A stretch of DNA of 64,000 nucleotides from Blautia wexlerae. Lineage in GTDB: Bacteria; Bacillota; Clostridia; Lachnospirales; Lachnospiraceae. The notes under the pieces were generated by a model. It worked only from the letters and a program-made list of their open reading frames with translations, was not told where the DNA came from and did no database searches. The stretch covers positions 19,235-83,234 of the forward strand of contig CAUEAK010000004.1 of the NCBI GenBank assembly GCA_958454115.1. The letters are read 5' to 3'. Positions 20,462 to 29,754 of this stretch are shown piece by piece (position 1 is the stretch's first letter; each line of letters begins with the position of its first letter). Position numbers and translations under genes: made by a program.

Positions 20462-20906
20462 AATAATGAAAATAAGGGACGAACCGGACAATAAGCCGGA
20501 GGTAACAAAAAGAAAGTTCCAGGTAAAGAAGACAAATAATGAAAAAATGCAGGCATTCGGCTGGGCCAGTGTTGCCATTGCTGAGAATGGAGAAACTCTG
20601 GAAGACTGGCAGGGCGACATCATAGAGCCTGATGAACTTGAAAGTGCCGCTTACAAGTTCGTTGATCTCTACCGGGAAGGTGGAGAGATGCACGAAAGAG
20701 GCGGGGTTGCTTATCTGATCGAGAGTGTTGTATTTACGGAAGAGAAGATGGCGGCAATGGGAATCCCGGAAGGTACACTCCCTGTTGGCTGGTGGATAGG
20801 CTTTCAAGTAACAGATGCGGATGTTTGGGAGAAGGTAAAAGATGGAACTTACAGTATGTTCTCCATTGAAGGGAAAGCAGAAAGGGTAGAAGTAAACAAT
20901 GAATAA
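20445..20906 (+). CDS. XkdF-like putative head maturation protease
   Basis: 'DWQGDII...GEMH...WEKVKDGTYSMFSIEG'. Confidence 0.75.
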   Translation: MKTFNEIMKIRDEPDNKPEVTKRKFQVKKTNNEKMQAFGWASVAIAENGETLEDWQGDIIEPDELESAAYKFVDLYREGGEMHERGGVAYLIESVVFTEEKMAAMGIPEGTLPVGWWIGFQVTDADVWEKVKDGTYSMFSIEGKAERVEVNNE

Positions 20907-21390
20907 GTATATTGGAACAAAGCTTATTGAGGCAGAAAAAGCAACTCTTGTGGAAGCACAGGCATTAAAAACAGGTGCCTGCGATACCATTGAAGAAGCA
21001 AGAGAAAGATTTGGAGGTTCAGATGATGGCAATCCGGGATATGTAGTTAAATATCCGGATGGATACATCAGTTGGTCTCCAAAAGATGTGTTCGAGAAGT
21101 CTTATATGCAGGTTCGGGAGAATCCGAACCTGATATCTGGCGTATCAATAGGAGAACACATGGTGAATGATTTTATCAGCTATATTGAAACCAGTACCGT
21201 AGGCTATAAGACAACAATGGTTCGTTGCGTGCTTCGAAATGGTTTTGAGATCATTGAAACATCTGCATGTGTAGATGCGCAGAATTATGACCAGAAGCTC
21301 GGAGAAGAAATCTGCATGAAGAAGATAAAGGATAAGATCTGGTATCTTTTAGGATTTCTGCTTCAGACAGCGTGGCATGGAATTAAATAA
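20899..21390 (+). CDS. Two-domain protein with a C-terminal gp49/gp66-family (Acb4-like) domain; candidate nucleotide-signal sponge
   Basis: N-terminal 'KYIGTKLIEA...GYVVKYPDGYISWSPKDVFEKSY'; C-terminal 'TTMVRCVLRNGFEIIETSACVDAQNYDQKLGEEIC...IWYLLGF'. Confidence 0.6.
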   Translation: MNKYIGTKLIEAEKATLVEAQALKTGACDTIEEARERFGGSDDGNPGYVVKYPDGYISWSPKDVFEKSYMQVRENPNLISGVSIGEHMVNDFISYIETSTVGYKTTMVRCVLRNGFEIIETSACVDAQNYDQKLGEEICMKKIKDKIWYLLGFLLQTAWHGIK

Positions 21391-21401
21391 ATGTGATCAA
21401 T

Positions 21402-21425
21402 AGGCGTCCAAAAGGGCGCTTTTTT
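21402..21425 (+). terminator. Intrinsic terminator-like hairpin
   Basis: AGGCGTCC-aaaa-GGGCGCTT followed by a T run. Confidence 0.5.
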
Positions 21426-21454
21426 GATAAATAAAAGCGAAAGGAGGAAGCATT

Positions 21455-22633
21455 GTGGCAACAAAACTGAAAGGCCTGGAAGTGGGTAAAGTAGATTTCG
21501 TTGATGAAGGCGCAAATCAGAGAGCTGATATCAAACTGCTGAAAGGCAAGAATAAAGTAGAGGAAACATCAGACCCGGAAATCGGACTATTTAAACGATT
21601 CCTGAACTGGATCAGCGGAGAAGTGCAGAAATCAGCCACGACATTTGATGAACAGATCAACGCTGTGAGCATGGATGCAATCAGGGATGAAATCTGGTCT
21701 GTATGTTACGCCCTGCAGAATTCACTTAATTCAATCCTGTGCGACCCAGAACTGGACAGCAGCGGGAAGCAGAGTGCAATGGATACAAGCATTGAACAGT
21801 TCGCTACAGCTATGAAGGAATACATTCCCGGATGGGCTGGGGGAACATCTGCAAAAATCAAAAAGAATCTGGATGCACCTGACGAAACAGATCTTCCTAT
21901 GGTGATGAAAGCGCATAGCAATCTGGAGGAAATCATTCAGAAATCCGTAGAAACGAAAGGAGAATTGGAAGACATGATTAAAATCGACAAGTCAAAAATG
22001 TCTGCTGAGGAAAGAGCGGCATATGATGAACTTATCAAAAAGTTTGCCGTAGAGACAAACGAGGAGCCGTCTATCGAGAAGAAAGCACCGCAGAAAAGCG
22101 AAAAAGAGGAAAACCCAGACGTTCTTGATGATGGTGGAGCTGAAAAGAAAACAGATACAAAGAAATCTCTTACACCGCCAGAACAGAATACAGACGATGA
22201 TATTTACAAAGGACTGCATCCTCTTGTAAGAGAAAAACTGGAAGCTCTCGAGAAAAGAGCGGAGGAAGCGGAAGACAGAGAACTTTATGCAGTTGCTAAG
22301 AAGTACGAAGTTCTTGGAGAGAAGCCAGAAGAACTGGCTAAGTCCTTGAAAACACTGAAAAGTGCAGGTGGAACTGCCTACAATGATATGATCGGCATTC
22401 TCGACAGAAATGTGGCAATGATCAACAACTCTGGCGTATTTGGAGAAATCGGAAAATCATTCTCTGGCGGAACTGCAGCAGTCAAGAAGTCTGCAGCAGA
22501 AGGAAAAATCGATACGATTGCAAAGGGATTGATTGAAAAAGATCCTTCCCTGACATATAACATGGCGCTGGCAAAAGCCTGGGGAGCACATCCGGAGCTT
22601 ATGGCTGAGTATGAAGACGAAGCCGGATACTAA
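21455..22633 (+). CDS. Head scaffold-like protein
   Basis: GTG start after AAGGAGG; acidic/coiled-coil; precedes decoration and capsid genes. Confidence 0.55.
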   Translation: MATKLKGLEVGKVDFVDEGANQRADIKLLKGKNKVEETSDPEIGLFKRFLNWISGEVQKSATTFDEQINAVSMDAIRDEIWSVCYALQNSLNSILCDPELDSSGKQSAMDTSIEQFATAMKEYIPGWAGGTSAKIKKNLDAPDETDLPMVMKAHSNLEEIIQKSVETKGELEDMIKIDKSKMSAEERAAYDELIKKFAVETNEEPSIEKKAPQKSEKEENPDVLDDGGAEKKTDTKKSLTPPEQNTDDDIYKGLHPLVREKLEALEKRAEEAEDRELYAVAKKYEVLGEKPEELAKSLKTLKSAGGTAYNDMIGILDRNVAMINNSGVFGEIGKSFSGGTAAVKKSAAEGKIDTIAKGLIEKDPSLTYNMALAKAWGAHPELMAEYEDEAGY

Positions 22634-22644
22634 GAAGGGGGCGA

Positions 22645-23079
22645 ATGATAATGGGTAAAAATTTTAATGGAACACAGATCAACCAGTCACCAACTATTTC
22701 CGAAAAGGCAGGAGCAGATGTTGCTGACATCCGTAACCTTATTCTGAAATACGATACTGATGGTAATGTGGTTGTCGCTGCCGATGGCACAGCACCTCTG
22801 CTTGGCGTTTCTATTATCGAAGGTGGATATAATGACATTTCCGGTATAGAAGCTGGAAAAGTTAAGAAGGGTGAAGACGTTGATATCCTGATCAAGGACA
22901 TCGGATTCGTCATTGCTTCCGCTGAGATCAAGAAAGGGCAGGAGGTTACTGCGACCACCGGAGGAAAAGCGGCAGTTGCGGCAGCTGGTGATTACGTAAT
23001 CGGGGTAGCTCTTAACAATGTATCTGCCGGAGGCTACAGCAGACTGCAGCTTTCTAAATACCAGAAGGCAAAAGCATAA
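22645..23079 (+). CDS. Capsid cement/decoration protein (DUF2190-like)
   Basis: Small Gly/Ala/Val-rich protein directly before the major capsid gene. Confidence 0.6.
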   Translation: MIMGKNFNGTQINQSPTISEKAGADVADIRNLILKYDTDGNVVVAADGTAPLLGVSIIEGGYNDISGIEAGKVKKGEDVDILIKDIGFVIASAEIKKGQEVTATTGGKAAVAAAGDYVIGVALNNVSAGGYSRLQLSKYQKAKA

Positions 23080-23103
23080 TCTTGATAAAGGAGGATAATA
23101 TTA

Positions 23104-24129
23104 ATGAGAAACACAGCAGCAGGAATCCAGTCTGAAATCGCAAAAGGCGTATTCAGACCCCACACAGCACTTACAAACATGGCTCTGGCATATTACCAGA
23201 ATGCAGCTAACTACTTTGCAAAGGCTCTTTTCCCAACCTGTCCGGTAACTCTTTCTTCTGACAACTACTATGAGTTCAGCAAGGAAGATCTTCTGAGAGA
23301 TAACTGGCAGAGAAAACCGGCATATGGCAAGGTTGATCCTACAGTAGTAGGCGAGAGCATGAAACCTTATGTATGCCAGGTAGATCAGATGATCATGGGA
23401 ATTGATCAGATTCGCCAGACCGATCTCAGCAGAAGACAGGGACCAACCACAATGCAGCCGAAACAGCAGAGAGTAAAAACCATTGCAGAACAGGCAAATA
23501 TCCATCAGGATCGTCTGTTTGCGGAAAGCTACTTCAAAGCCGGTGCATGGAAGAATGAACTTTCCGGAGTTGACACTACAAGCCCTTCAACCAATGAGTT
23601 TATTAAATTCAGCAATGCAAACTCTGATCCGATTGCATTTATTGATAGTGAGAAGACAGGCATGAATCAGCAGACGGGACGTATGCCGAACCGCCTTGGC
23701 CTTGGTATCAATGTATTTAATGCCCTGAAGGTGCATCCGGCAATCCTTGAAAGAGTTAAATATGGCGGAAGCACTGCAAACCCAGCGTCTGTAACAGAAA
23801 ATGTTCTGGCACAGCTCTTTGGAGTAGAAAAAATCGTGGTGCTTAAATCTATTATGAACAGCGCAAGCATGGGCGCAGATGAAGATATGCAGTATATCGG
23901 AGATCCGGACGCATTCCTTCTTGCCTATGCCACAAATGCACCGAGCATTGACGAGCCGTCTGCCGGCTACATCTTTACATGGGATATGCTTGGAAATGGA
24001 CAGATGCTTCCGATTCTGAACTATCTTGGTGAGAATGGAACACATACAGAATACGTAGAAGGACTTATGGCAACAGATATGCATAAGACATCCGATGATC
24101 TGGCGAGATTCTACAAATCTGCAGTCTAA
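23104..24129 (+). CDS. Major capsid protein
   Basis: 341 aa; position; 'LTNMALAY...LFPTCPV' and 'PSAGYIF' typical of this capsid group. Confidence 0.75.
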   Translation: MRNTAAGIQSEIAKGVFRPHTALTNMALAYYQNAANYFAKALFPTCPVTLSSDNYYEFSKEDLLRDNWQRKPAYGKVDPTVVGESMKPYVCQVDQMIMGIDQIRQTDLSRRQGPTTMQPKQQRVKTIAEQANIHQDRLFAESYFKAGAWKNELSGVDTTSPSTNEFIKFSNANSDPIAFIDSEKTGMNQQTGRMPNRLGLGINVFNALKVHPAILERVKYGGSTANPASVTENVLAQLFGVEKIVVLKSIMNSASMGADEDMQYIGDPDAFLLAYATNAPSIDEPSAGYIFTWDMLGNGQMLPILNYLGENGTHTEYVEGLMATDMHKTSDDLARFYKSAV

Positions 24130-24140
24130 GGAGGTGCCTT

Positions 24141-24575
24141 ATGAAGCTTGTTGCAAATAAACCATGCACTCTGAGCGGAAAACGATACTTCATCGGAGAG
24201 GAAATCCCGGCCGAAGCAGTCACTGATCCGGTAGCTCTTGAAAAAATGGGAGTGCTGACTGTGATTCGTGACGGTATTCCGGTTGAAACACTTGAGGAAT
24301 GCGTGGCATCAGTCGGAGAAGTATTCTTCAAAATCGAAATTGTAAAAGGAGATAAGGGCTTCGATTTGGACGTTACAGAGCCTCAGCTTCAGGAAGCAGT
24401 AAAAACTATGCAGATGAACCAGAAGGATGCTGTAGCTCATATTAGAGGCTCTGTGAAAGATAATACAGTGCTTATCTTTCTGAATGCAGTAGATTCGAGA
24501 ACTGCTGTAAAGAAAGAAGCTGAAACTAAGGCGAAGAGCCTTGAGGAACTGGAGGAAAGTGCAGGTGATGCCTGA
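24141..24575 (+). CDS. Head-associated hypothetical protein
   Basis: Synteny between capsid and connector genes. Confidence 0.5.
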   Translation: MKLVANKPCTLSGKRYFIGEEIPAEAVTDPVALEKMGVLTVIRDGIPVETLEECVASVGEVFFKIEIVKGDKGFDLDVTEPQLQEAVKTMQMNQKDAVAHIRGSVKDNTVLIFLNAVDSRTAVKKEAETKAKSLEELEESAGDA

Positions 24576-25009
24576 TGGCAGGAACTTATACATATGAACC
24601 TGCCATGATCACATCGTATGGGAAAGATCGAATGAGGTTTGAACTTGGAGATGTGATGGTAGATGGAAAAGAGAGAACTTGTGCATTGTCAGACGAGGAA
24701 TACATCGTTTTGTGTGATGATGTTCAGTCTGCGAAAGATTGGAAACGGGCAAAATTAAAGTGCCTTGAAAGCATATTTCGCAGGCTTTCTTTTGAGCCTG
24801 ATACAACGGTTGGCCCTACATCATTCAAATTTGGTGATAGGGCTAAATTGTGGCAGGAAGAATATGAGAAGCTGAAGAAGGACCTGAAACTTGCTTCTGT
24901 ATCCCCATCGGCGATTCTGATGAATGCGGGAGATATGAGTAAACAGCCGACGCCATACTTCTACAACGGCATGATGAGCCATGAAGAGAGCGAAGGTGAT
25001 GATATATGA
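24575..25009 (+). CDS. Head-tail adaptor
   Basis: 'DRMRFELGD...LSDEE' motif and synteny. Confidence 0.55.
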   Translation: MAGTYTYEPAMITSYGKDRMRFELGDVMVDGKERTCALSDEEYIVLCDDVQSAKDWKRAKLKCLESIFRRLSFEPDTTVGPTSFKFGDRAKLWQEEYEKLKKDLKLASVSPSAILMNAGDMSKQPTPYFYNGMMSHEESEGDDI

Positions 25010-25368
25010 TAAGCCCATTTGGCCTGATGTATCTAAGACCGGGAAATTTATGGACGGATTTTGTGGTAAGACGAAAGAGCATTCGCAACATACTCGGACA
25101 TCCTGTGTCAGATTTTGAAGCGAAAGGCGAGATATCAGGAATACTTGCTGAAGCATCTACACATGAATCTGAAAGGATGAAACACAGGTGGGATCAGGAA
25201 CAACATTCTTTAACCCACACTCTTGTTATCCGGGATTCTGCAGATGTAAAGCAGGGAGACTATTTGACTACTGCAGGCAGAACCTTTCTCGTTCTTTTAT
25301 CTGAGGATCCCGGAAACCTTGGAGCAACTGGCTTGATATATCTCGAAGAAAGGAATGATCTGAAATGA
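25006..25368 (+). CDS. Head closure protein
   Basis: Synteny; 120-aa beta-rich protein. Confidence 0.5.
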   Translation: MISPFGLMYLRPGNLWTDFVVRRKSIRNILGHPVSDFEAKGEISGILAEASTHESERMKHRWDQEQHSLTHTLVIRDSADVKQGDYLTTAGRTFLVLLSEDPGNLGATGLIYLEERNDLK

Positions 25369-25724
25369 CACCTGCCGAAGCAGCAGAAGCAGTAAAAGTT
25401 CAAGTTCAAATAGACAAGGAACGGATAGAGCAGCAGGTGATCGCAAGATATCCAAGGGCTTCAAATGCCCTTAGAAATGCTGCATTATCTGTACTGGCAA
25501 ATCCAAGCCCGTCAGCTCCGGGCAGTCCACCGGGTGTTCGGAGCGGACATTTAAAAAATAACTGGCATATGAGTGGCGGTGCGGTATGCATTACGTCGGG
25601 TATGGGATATGCTGGTTATCTGGAACATGGAACAAGAAAAATGGCTGCTCGTCCTTATGTAGAAAAGATAAAACAGACGGCATTGCCAAATATAACAGCA
25701 ATATTTGCAGAAATAGGAGGCTGA
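25365..25724 (+). CDS. HK97 gp10-like neck/tail completion protein
   Basis: 'SAPGSPPGVRSGHL...YAGYLEHGTRKMAARPY'. Confidence 0.75.
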   Translation: MTPAEAAEAVKVQVQIDKERIEQQVIARYPRASNALRNAALSVLANPSPSAPGSPPGVRSGHLKNNWHMSGGAVCITSGMGYAGYLEHGTRKMAARPYVEKIKQTALPNITAIFAEIGG

Positions 25725-25725
25725 T

Positions 25726-25995
25726 ATGTTTATCAATCGTATTGAACGAGCTGAATTTAATCTGGATGAAATCCGCAGAGGAACGCTTATCTATGCAAAA
25801 CATAGATCATGGAAAGAAGGAAAATCCGGCATTGTGTACCATGCGTCTGCCGAACGGATTACAGTATTGTATCCGAATGAGAAAACGAACACACAGAATC
25901 ATTTTTTTATACCTGTTTCGGAAGATGGAGAATGGGAAATAAGATATTCGAACGATGGGCTTTTGACTATCAAGGAGGGTACAGATGAATCTTAG
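25726..25995 (+). CDS. Hypothetical protein
   Basis: RBS AGGAGG; 89 aa in the neck region. Confidence 0.5.
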   Translation: MFINRIERAEFNLDEIRRGTLIYAKHRSWKEGKSGIVYHASAERITVLYPNEKTNTQNHFFIPVSEDGEWEIRYSNDGLLTIKEGTDES

Positions 25996-26854
25996 TGAAT
26001 TAATATTCAGACGTTTATCTGCAGACGAAGATTTGACGAAAATGCTTGCTACATATGCCGGGGTTCCTGCCATATTCGATTCTGAATTTCCATCAGATCA
26101 GCAGGAAGGCTGGGAAGGAGCAACTCAGTATCCTCGAATCTGCTATCGAATTGATATGCAGGTTAATCAGGAACGTTCGTCATCAGGAACATTATATATT
26201 GCGATTTATACAGATAAGACCAGTACTGTTATTGACGAAATTGAGAATACTGTAAGACTCCGGCTTCAGGATGTACTTATGAAACCAGACGGAGAGGCTC
26301 CTTTCTGTGTAGCATGGGCACGTACAGAATCATATGCGATAGAGGGAAAGGAGGTCTGGTGCAAGGAGGTGGCATTTGACATACTTGAGTATCCGGACCA
26401 GCTGAGTACGGATCCAGATCCTGTTCTTGCAGTAGCGGCATATATTAAGCAGTTATTCCCTGAAACGGTAGTTCTTGGAATAGACAGTATAAGTGATTTT
26501 ATTGAGACGTCAAAGACACCTGTATTTTATTGCAGATTAGCAAATATACAGAAAACAACGGGCCACTGCATGAATACAATTGCATGGTTCATAGGAAAGG
26601 TCGCAGTACACTTGATTTATCCGGGGGCTGGTACCAGATTGAAGACTCTGGCATCAATCAATCAAAGAATAGCAATAGACGAAGAAATCATTATGTTGGA
26701 TGATTCCCCTATGATTATTTCACAGATGGAATTAAATAATAAGGCTGATTATCTTAGAGAAGGTCAGCTGACCATAACTGGTAAATATGGATGCCTTCGC
26801 GGAAATGAAAAGAAACACAATCTTTCCGGAATTGGCATGGATTTTACAGATTGA
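25985..26854 (+). CDS. Tail terminator-like protein
   Basis: Synteny upstream of the sheath gene. Confidence 0.5.
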   Translation: MNLSELIFRRLSADEDLTKMLATYAGVPAIFDSEFPSDQQEGWEGATQYPRICYRIDMQVNQERSSSGTLYIAIYTDKTSTVIDEIENTVRLRLQDVLMKPDGEAPFCVAWARTESYAIEGKEVWCKEVAFDILEYPDQLSTDPDPVLAVAAYIKQLFPETVVLGIDSISDFIETSKTPVFYCRLANIQKTTGHCMNTIAWFIGKVAVHLIYPGAGTRLKTLASINQRIAIDEEIIMLDDSPMIISQMELNNKADYLREGQLTITGKYGCLRGNEKKHNLSGIGMDFTD

Positions 26855-26865
26855 AAGGAGAAGCA

Positions 26866-27090
26866 ATGGCAGAAACAAAGAAAACAAATGCTCCGGAAGA
26901 AACAAAAGAAGTTCTTCTGGCAGAGAAAGAAACGGAATATGGGGTAGATGAGCTGATTGCCGCACGCGATCAGCTTTTTTCTTGCCCTGATTGCGCGATG
27001 GTGGCACTGAAACTGTCAAAAAAGAAAAGCATGACTGTTTCAGAAGCTGAGAAGCTTGTCGAAGAATTTATGAAGAAGGAGGTCAAATAA
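26866..27090 (+). CDS. Small hypothetical tail protein
   Basis: ATG at 26866 after AAGGAG; coupled to the sheath gene. Confidence 0.5.
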   Translation: MAETKKTNAPEETKEVLLAEKETEYGVDELIAARDQLFSCPDCAMVALKLSKKKSMTVSEAEKLVEEFMKKEVK

Positions 27091-28499
27091 TGGCGGAATA
27101 TTTCCAGATTCCTGAAGTAGGTACAAAAGTTCGACCAGGAAGTTACTTCAACGTAGATAAGAATGGTGACGATGATTCTTTCGGGGCAATTGACGGAGTT
27201 GTTGTAGCTGTGTTTAAAGCAACGTTTGGACCAGTAGATAAAGTAACAGTCTTAGAGAGAGGAGACGATTACACAACAATCTACGGAGATGGATTAACGA
27301 CTGACCTGATTCGTGAAGTTCTGTATGGTGGTGCAAAGAAAGTTATTTGCTGTCGCCTTAATGGAACGGGCGGAGCTGTGGCGAGCGTAAGTCTTGCAGC
27401 TGCAACTGGAAAAATTAAGATCACAGCAAAACATCCAGGAGAGATGCCATTTTCTGTAACTATTAGAAACCGCTTAACTGACAAAGACAGGAAAGAATGC
27501 ATTATCTATACAGGAACTACTGAATTTGAAAAAGTATATTTTTCAGCAGGCGATAATGAAGCTGCAAGTCTTGTAAGTGCTTTTGCAAATTCAAAGAATT
27601 TCACGGCTAATCTTGAAGAATCTGCAAAAGGAATCATGACTAATGTGAATCAGACAGCGTTTACAGAAGGAAAGAATCCTACAGTAGCAACTGCCAATTA
27701 TTCAGCTGCTTTTTCACAGGCAGAAAAATATTTCTTCAATACAATTTGTGTTGATACAGAAGATACAGCAGTACATGCGCTGTTACAGGCATTTCTGGAC
27801 AGAATTTATGAAACCAGTCAGTTTGGGATTGGAGTTGTTGCAGAGAAAGATAACAAAGATTTAGACGAAAGAATGAATGCGGCAGCAGGATTTGATGGTG
27901 AGAATATAGTTTATGTTCTCAATCCAAAAGTCTTTATCAATGAGGGAACTCTGGATGGATATCAGACTGCCGGCTTGATTGCTGGACTTATTGCAGCAAC
28001 TCCTGCAAATCAGGCAGTGACTCATATGGTGATTACTCGATATGTAGATCTTGCAGAACCGCTTACAAATACTCAGATTATAAAAGCGGAACTGAAGGGA
28101 TGCTTGGTTCTTAGTAAGTCTACAGAAGATGAGGTATGGATTGATGCTGGAATCAATACACTGATCAATCTTCCAGATAACAAAGATAAAGGTTGGAAGA
28201 AAATCCGCCGTGTAAGAACAAGATATGAGTTATTGTACAGAGCAAATGCCCAGTCCGACGCTTTAGTTGGAAAAGTCGATCCTGATAAAAATGGAAAAGC
28301 CACTATTATTGGAAAAATTCAGGGAATTATCAATGCCATGATCAAAGAAAAAAAATTAACAGCAGGAACAGTAACTGAGAGCACGACTTATATTGCAGAC
28401 GCAGATAACTGTTATTTTGACCTTGATATCATTGATAAGGATTCTGCGGAACATATTTACTCATTCTATAAGTTTAGATTCAGTACCAATGCAGAGTAA
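27090..28499 (+). CDS. Tail sheath protein (XkdK-like)
   Basis: 'KVRPGSYFN', 'GINTL...WKKIRRVRT'. Confidence 0.85.
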   Translation: MAEYFQIPEVGTKVRPGSYFNVDKNGDDDSFGAIDGVVVAVFKATFGPVDKVTVLERGDDYTTIYGDGLTTDLIREVLYGGAKKVICCRLNGTGGAVASVSLAAATGKIKITAKHPGEMPFSVTIRNRLTDKDRKECIIYTGTTEFEKVYFSAGDNEAASLVSAFANSKNFTANLEESAKGIMTNVNQTAFTEGKNPTVATANYSAAFSQAEKYFFNTICVDTEDTAVHALLQAFLDRIYETSQFGIGVVAEKDNKDLDERMNAAAGFDGENIVYVLNPKVFINEGTLDGYQTAGLIAGLIAATPANQAVTHMVITRYVDLAEPLTNTQIIKAELKGCLVLSKSTEDEVWIDAGINTLINLPDNKDKGWKKIRRVRTRYELLYRANAQSDALVGKVDPDKNGKATIIGKIQGIINAMIKEKKLTAGTVTESTTYIADADNCYFDLDIIDKDSAEHIYSFYKFRFSTNAE

Positions 28500-28513
28500 A
28501 GGAGGAAAGGTGA

Positions 28514-28969
28514 ATGTTAAATACAAGTGCTGCAACAGACGCGAGACATAGTCGTTCAGGTAAAGATGCCATGCTTTACAATGCAGATGGGGTTCCGTTT
28601 GCGCAGGTAAGCAGTTTTCAGTCGAAAACATCTTTTAATAATACCAAATATCAGCCATTAGGACAGAACAGAGAACTGGAAACAAACAATACTATTGGAG
28701 TCACGATTACAATTTCGGAGATCGTTGTTCTGGATGGCGAATTATTCAACAATGTTGTTAGTGCGGTAAATAAAGGAGAAAGCCCGGTTATGACTTTAGA
28801 TGGAGTTATTGAAGGGCGTAATGGCTCCCAGGAACGCATTACATATCGTGAATGTATCTTTAGCGGTGACCAGGATCTGCAGAATGTAAGTACAGGAGAT
28901 ACATTATCAAGATCTTATAATCTGCACTGCAACGGGGAAGTAGAACCCCGTTCATCACTGACAATTTGA
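28514..28969 (+). CDS. Tail tube protein (XkdM-like)
   Basis: 151 aa after sheath; 'GSQERITYRECIFSG'. Confidence 0.8.
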   Translation: MLNTSAATDARHSRSGKDAMLYNADGVPFAQVSSFQSKTSFNNTKYQPLGQNRELETNNTIGVTITISEIVVLDGELFNNVVSAVNKGESPVMTLDGVIEGRNGSQERITYRECIFSGDQDLQNVSTGDTLSRSYNLHCNGEVEPRSSLTI

Positions 28970-28983
28970 TATCTGGTCAACAC

Positions 28984-29016
28984 AAGGGTGGCTAAAACTG
29001 GCCACCCTTATTTTTA
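28984..29016 (+). terminator. Terminator after the tube gene
   Basis: AAGGGTGGC-taaaactg-GCCACCCTT followed by a T run. Confidence 0.6.
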
Positions 29017-29036
29017 TAAACGGAGGAAAATAATAC

Positions 29037-29591
29037 ATGGCAAGAACTGCAAATATCGAAAATGAAGAACCAAGAACAACTGAAATTGATATGACAGAGG
29101 CGGAAGCCGAGGAAGCATTAAAGGAAGATATGAGAGCTAATGAAATGGATTATCTGAATGGTATTTTAGAGGCAGCAGATGATGTGGATGAAGAAACGAA
29201 GGAAATTAAAATCATTCGTTCCGGAAAATTGTATTTTGCTTTTTCTGTCCATGCATTATCAGATGATGATATGTATGAGATCAGGAAAAAGTACACCAAA
29301 TACGCAAAAAACAAGAGAACTGGAATGAAAGTAACGGATGGAATGGATAATGCAAAATTCCGCAGTTCCCTCATCTACAATGCAACTGTAGCAGAAGATC
29401 AGGAAAAATTATGGAACAATAAAAATATTCAGGAAGCACTTAGAAAGAAAGGAAAGAAGATTATCAACGCACTTGACGTGATCGAAGCAGCTCTTCTTCC
29501 GGGAGAGAAAGAGAAAGTTCTTACTACACTTGATGAACTCTGCGGATATAACACAGAAGAAGATAAAGTTAATACAGCAAAAAACTTATAA
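29037..29591 (+). CDS. Tail assembly chaperone (XkdN-like) with predicted -1 frameshift extension to 29749
   Basis: 'LLPGEKEKV...LCGY...AKNL'; slippery A-AAA-AAC at 29579-29585; -1 frame open to TGA at 29747-29749. Confidence 0.8.
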   Translation: MARTANIENEEPRTTEIDMTEAEAEEALKEDMRANEMDYLNGILEAADDVDEETKEIKIIRSGKLYFAFSVHALSDDDMYEIRKKYTKYAKNKRTGMKVTDGMDNAKFRSSLIYNATVAEDQEKLWNNKNIQEALRKKGKKIINALDVIEAALLPGEKEKVLTTLDELCGYNTEEDKVNTAKNL

Positions 29592-29754
29592 GGTCCGGTT
29601 ATAAATCAGCCCTGTTGCACTGGATATTCCAGAGACAGGGGATTAGACCGGATGAAGTAATGGCTTTGCCCGAAGGGGTCAGAGCCTTTCTTTTTGCCTC
29701 CACGGAGGTATGGATTGAAGAAAATATTAAGAAAAATGAAAAGAGGTGAGATAC

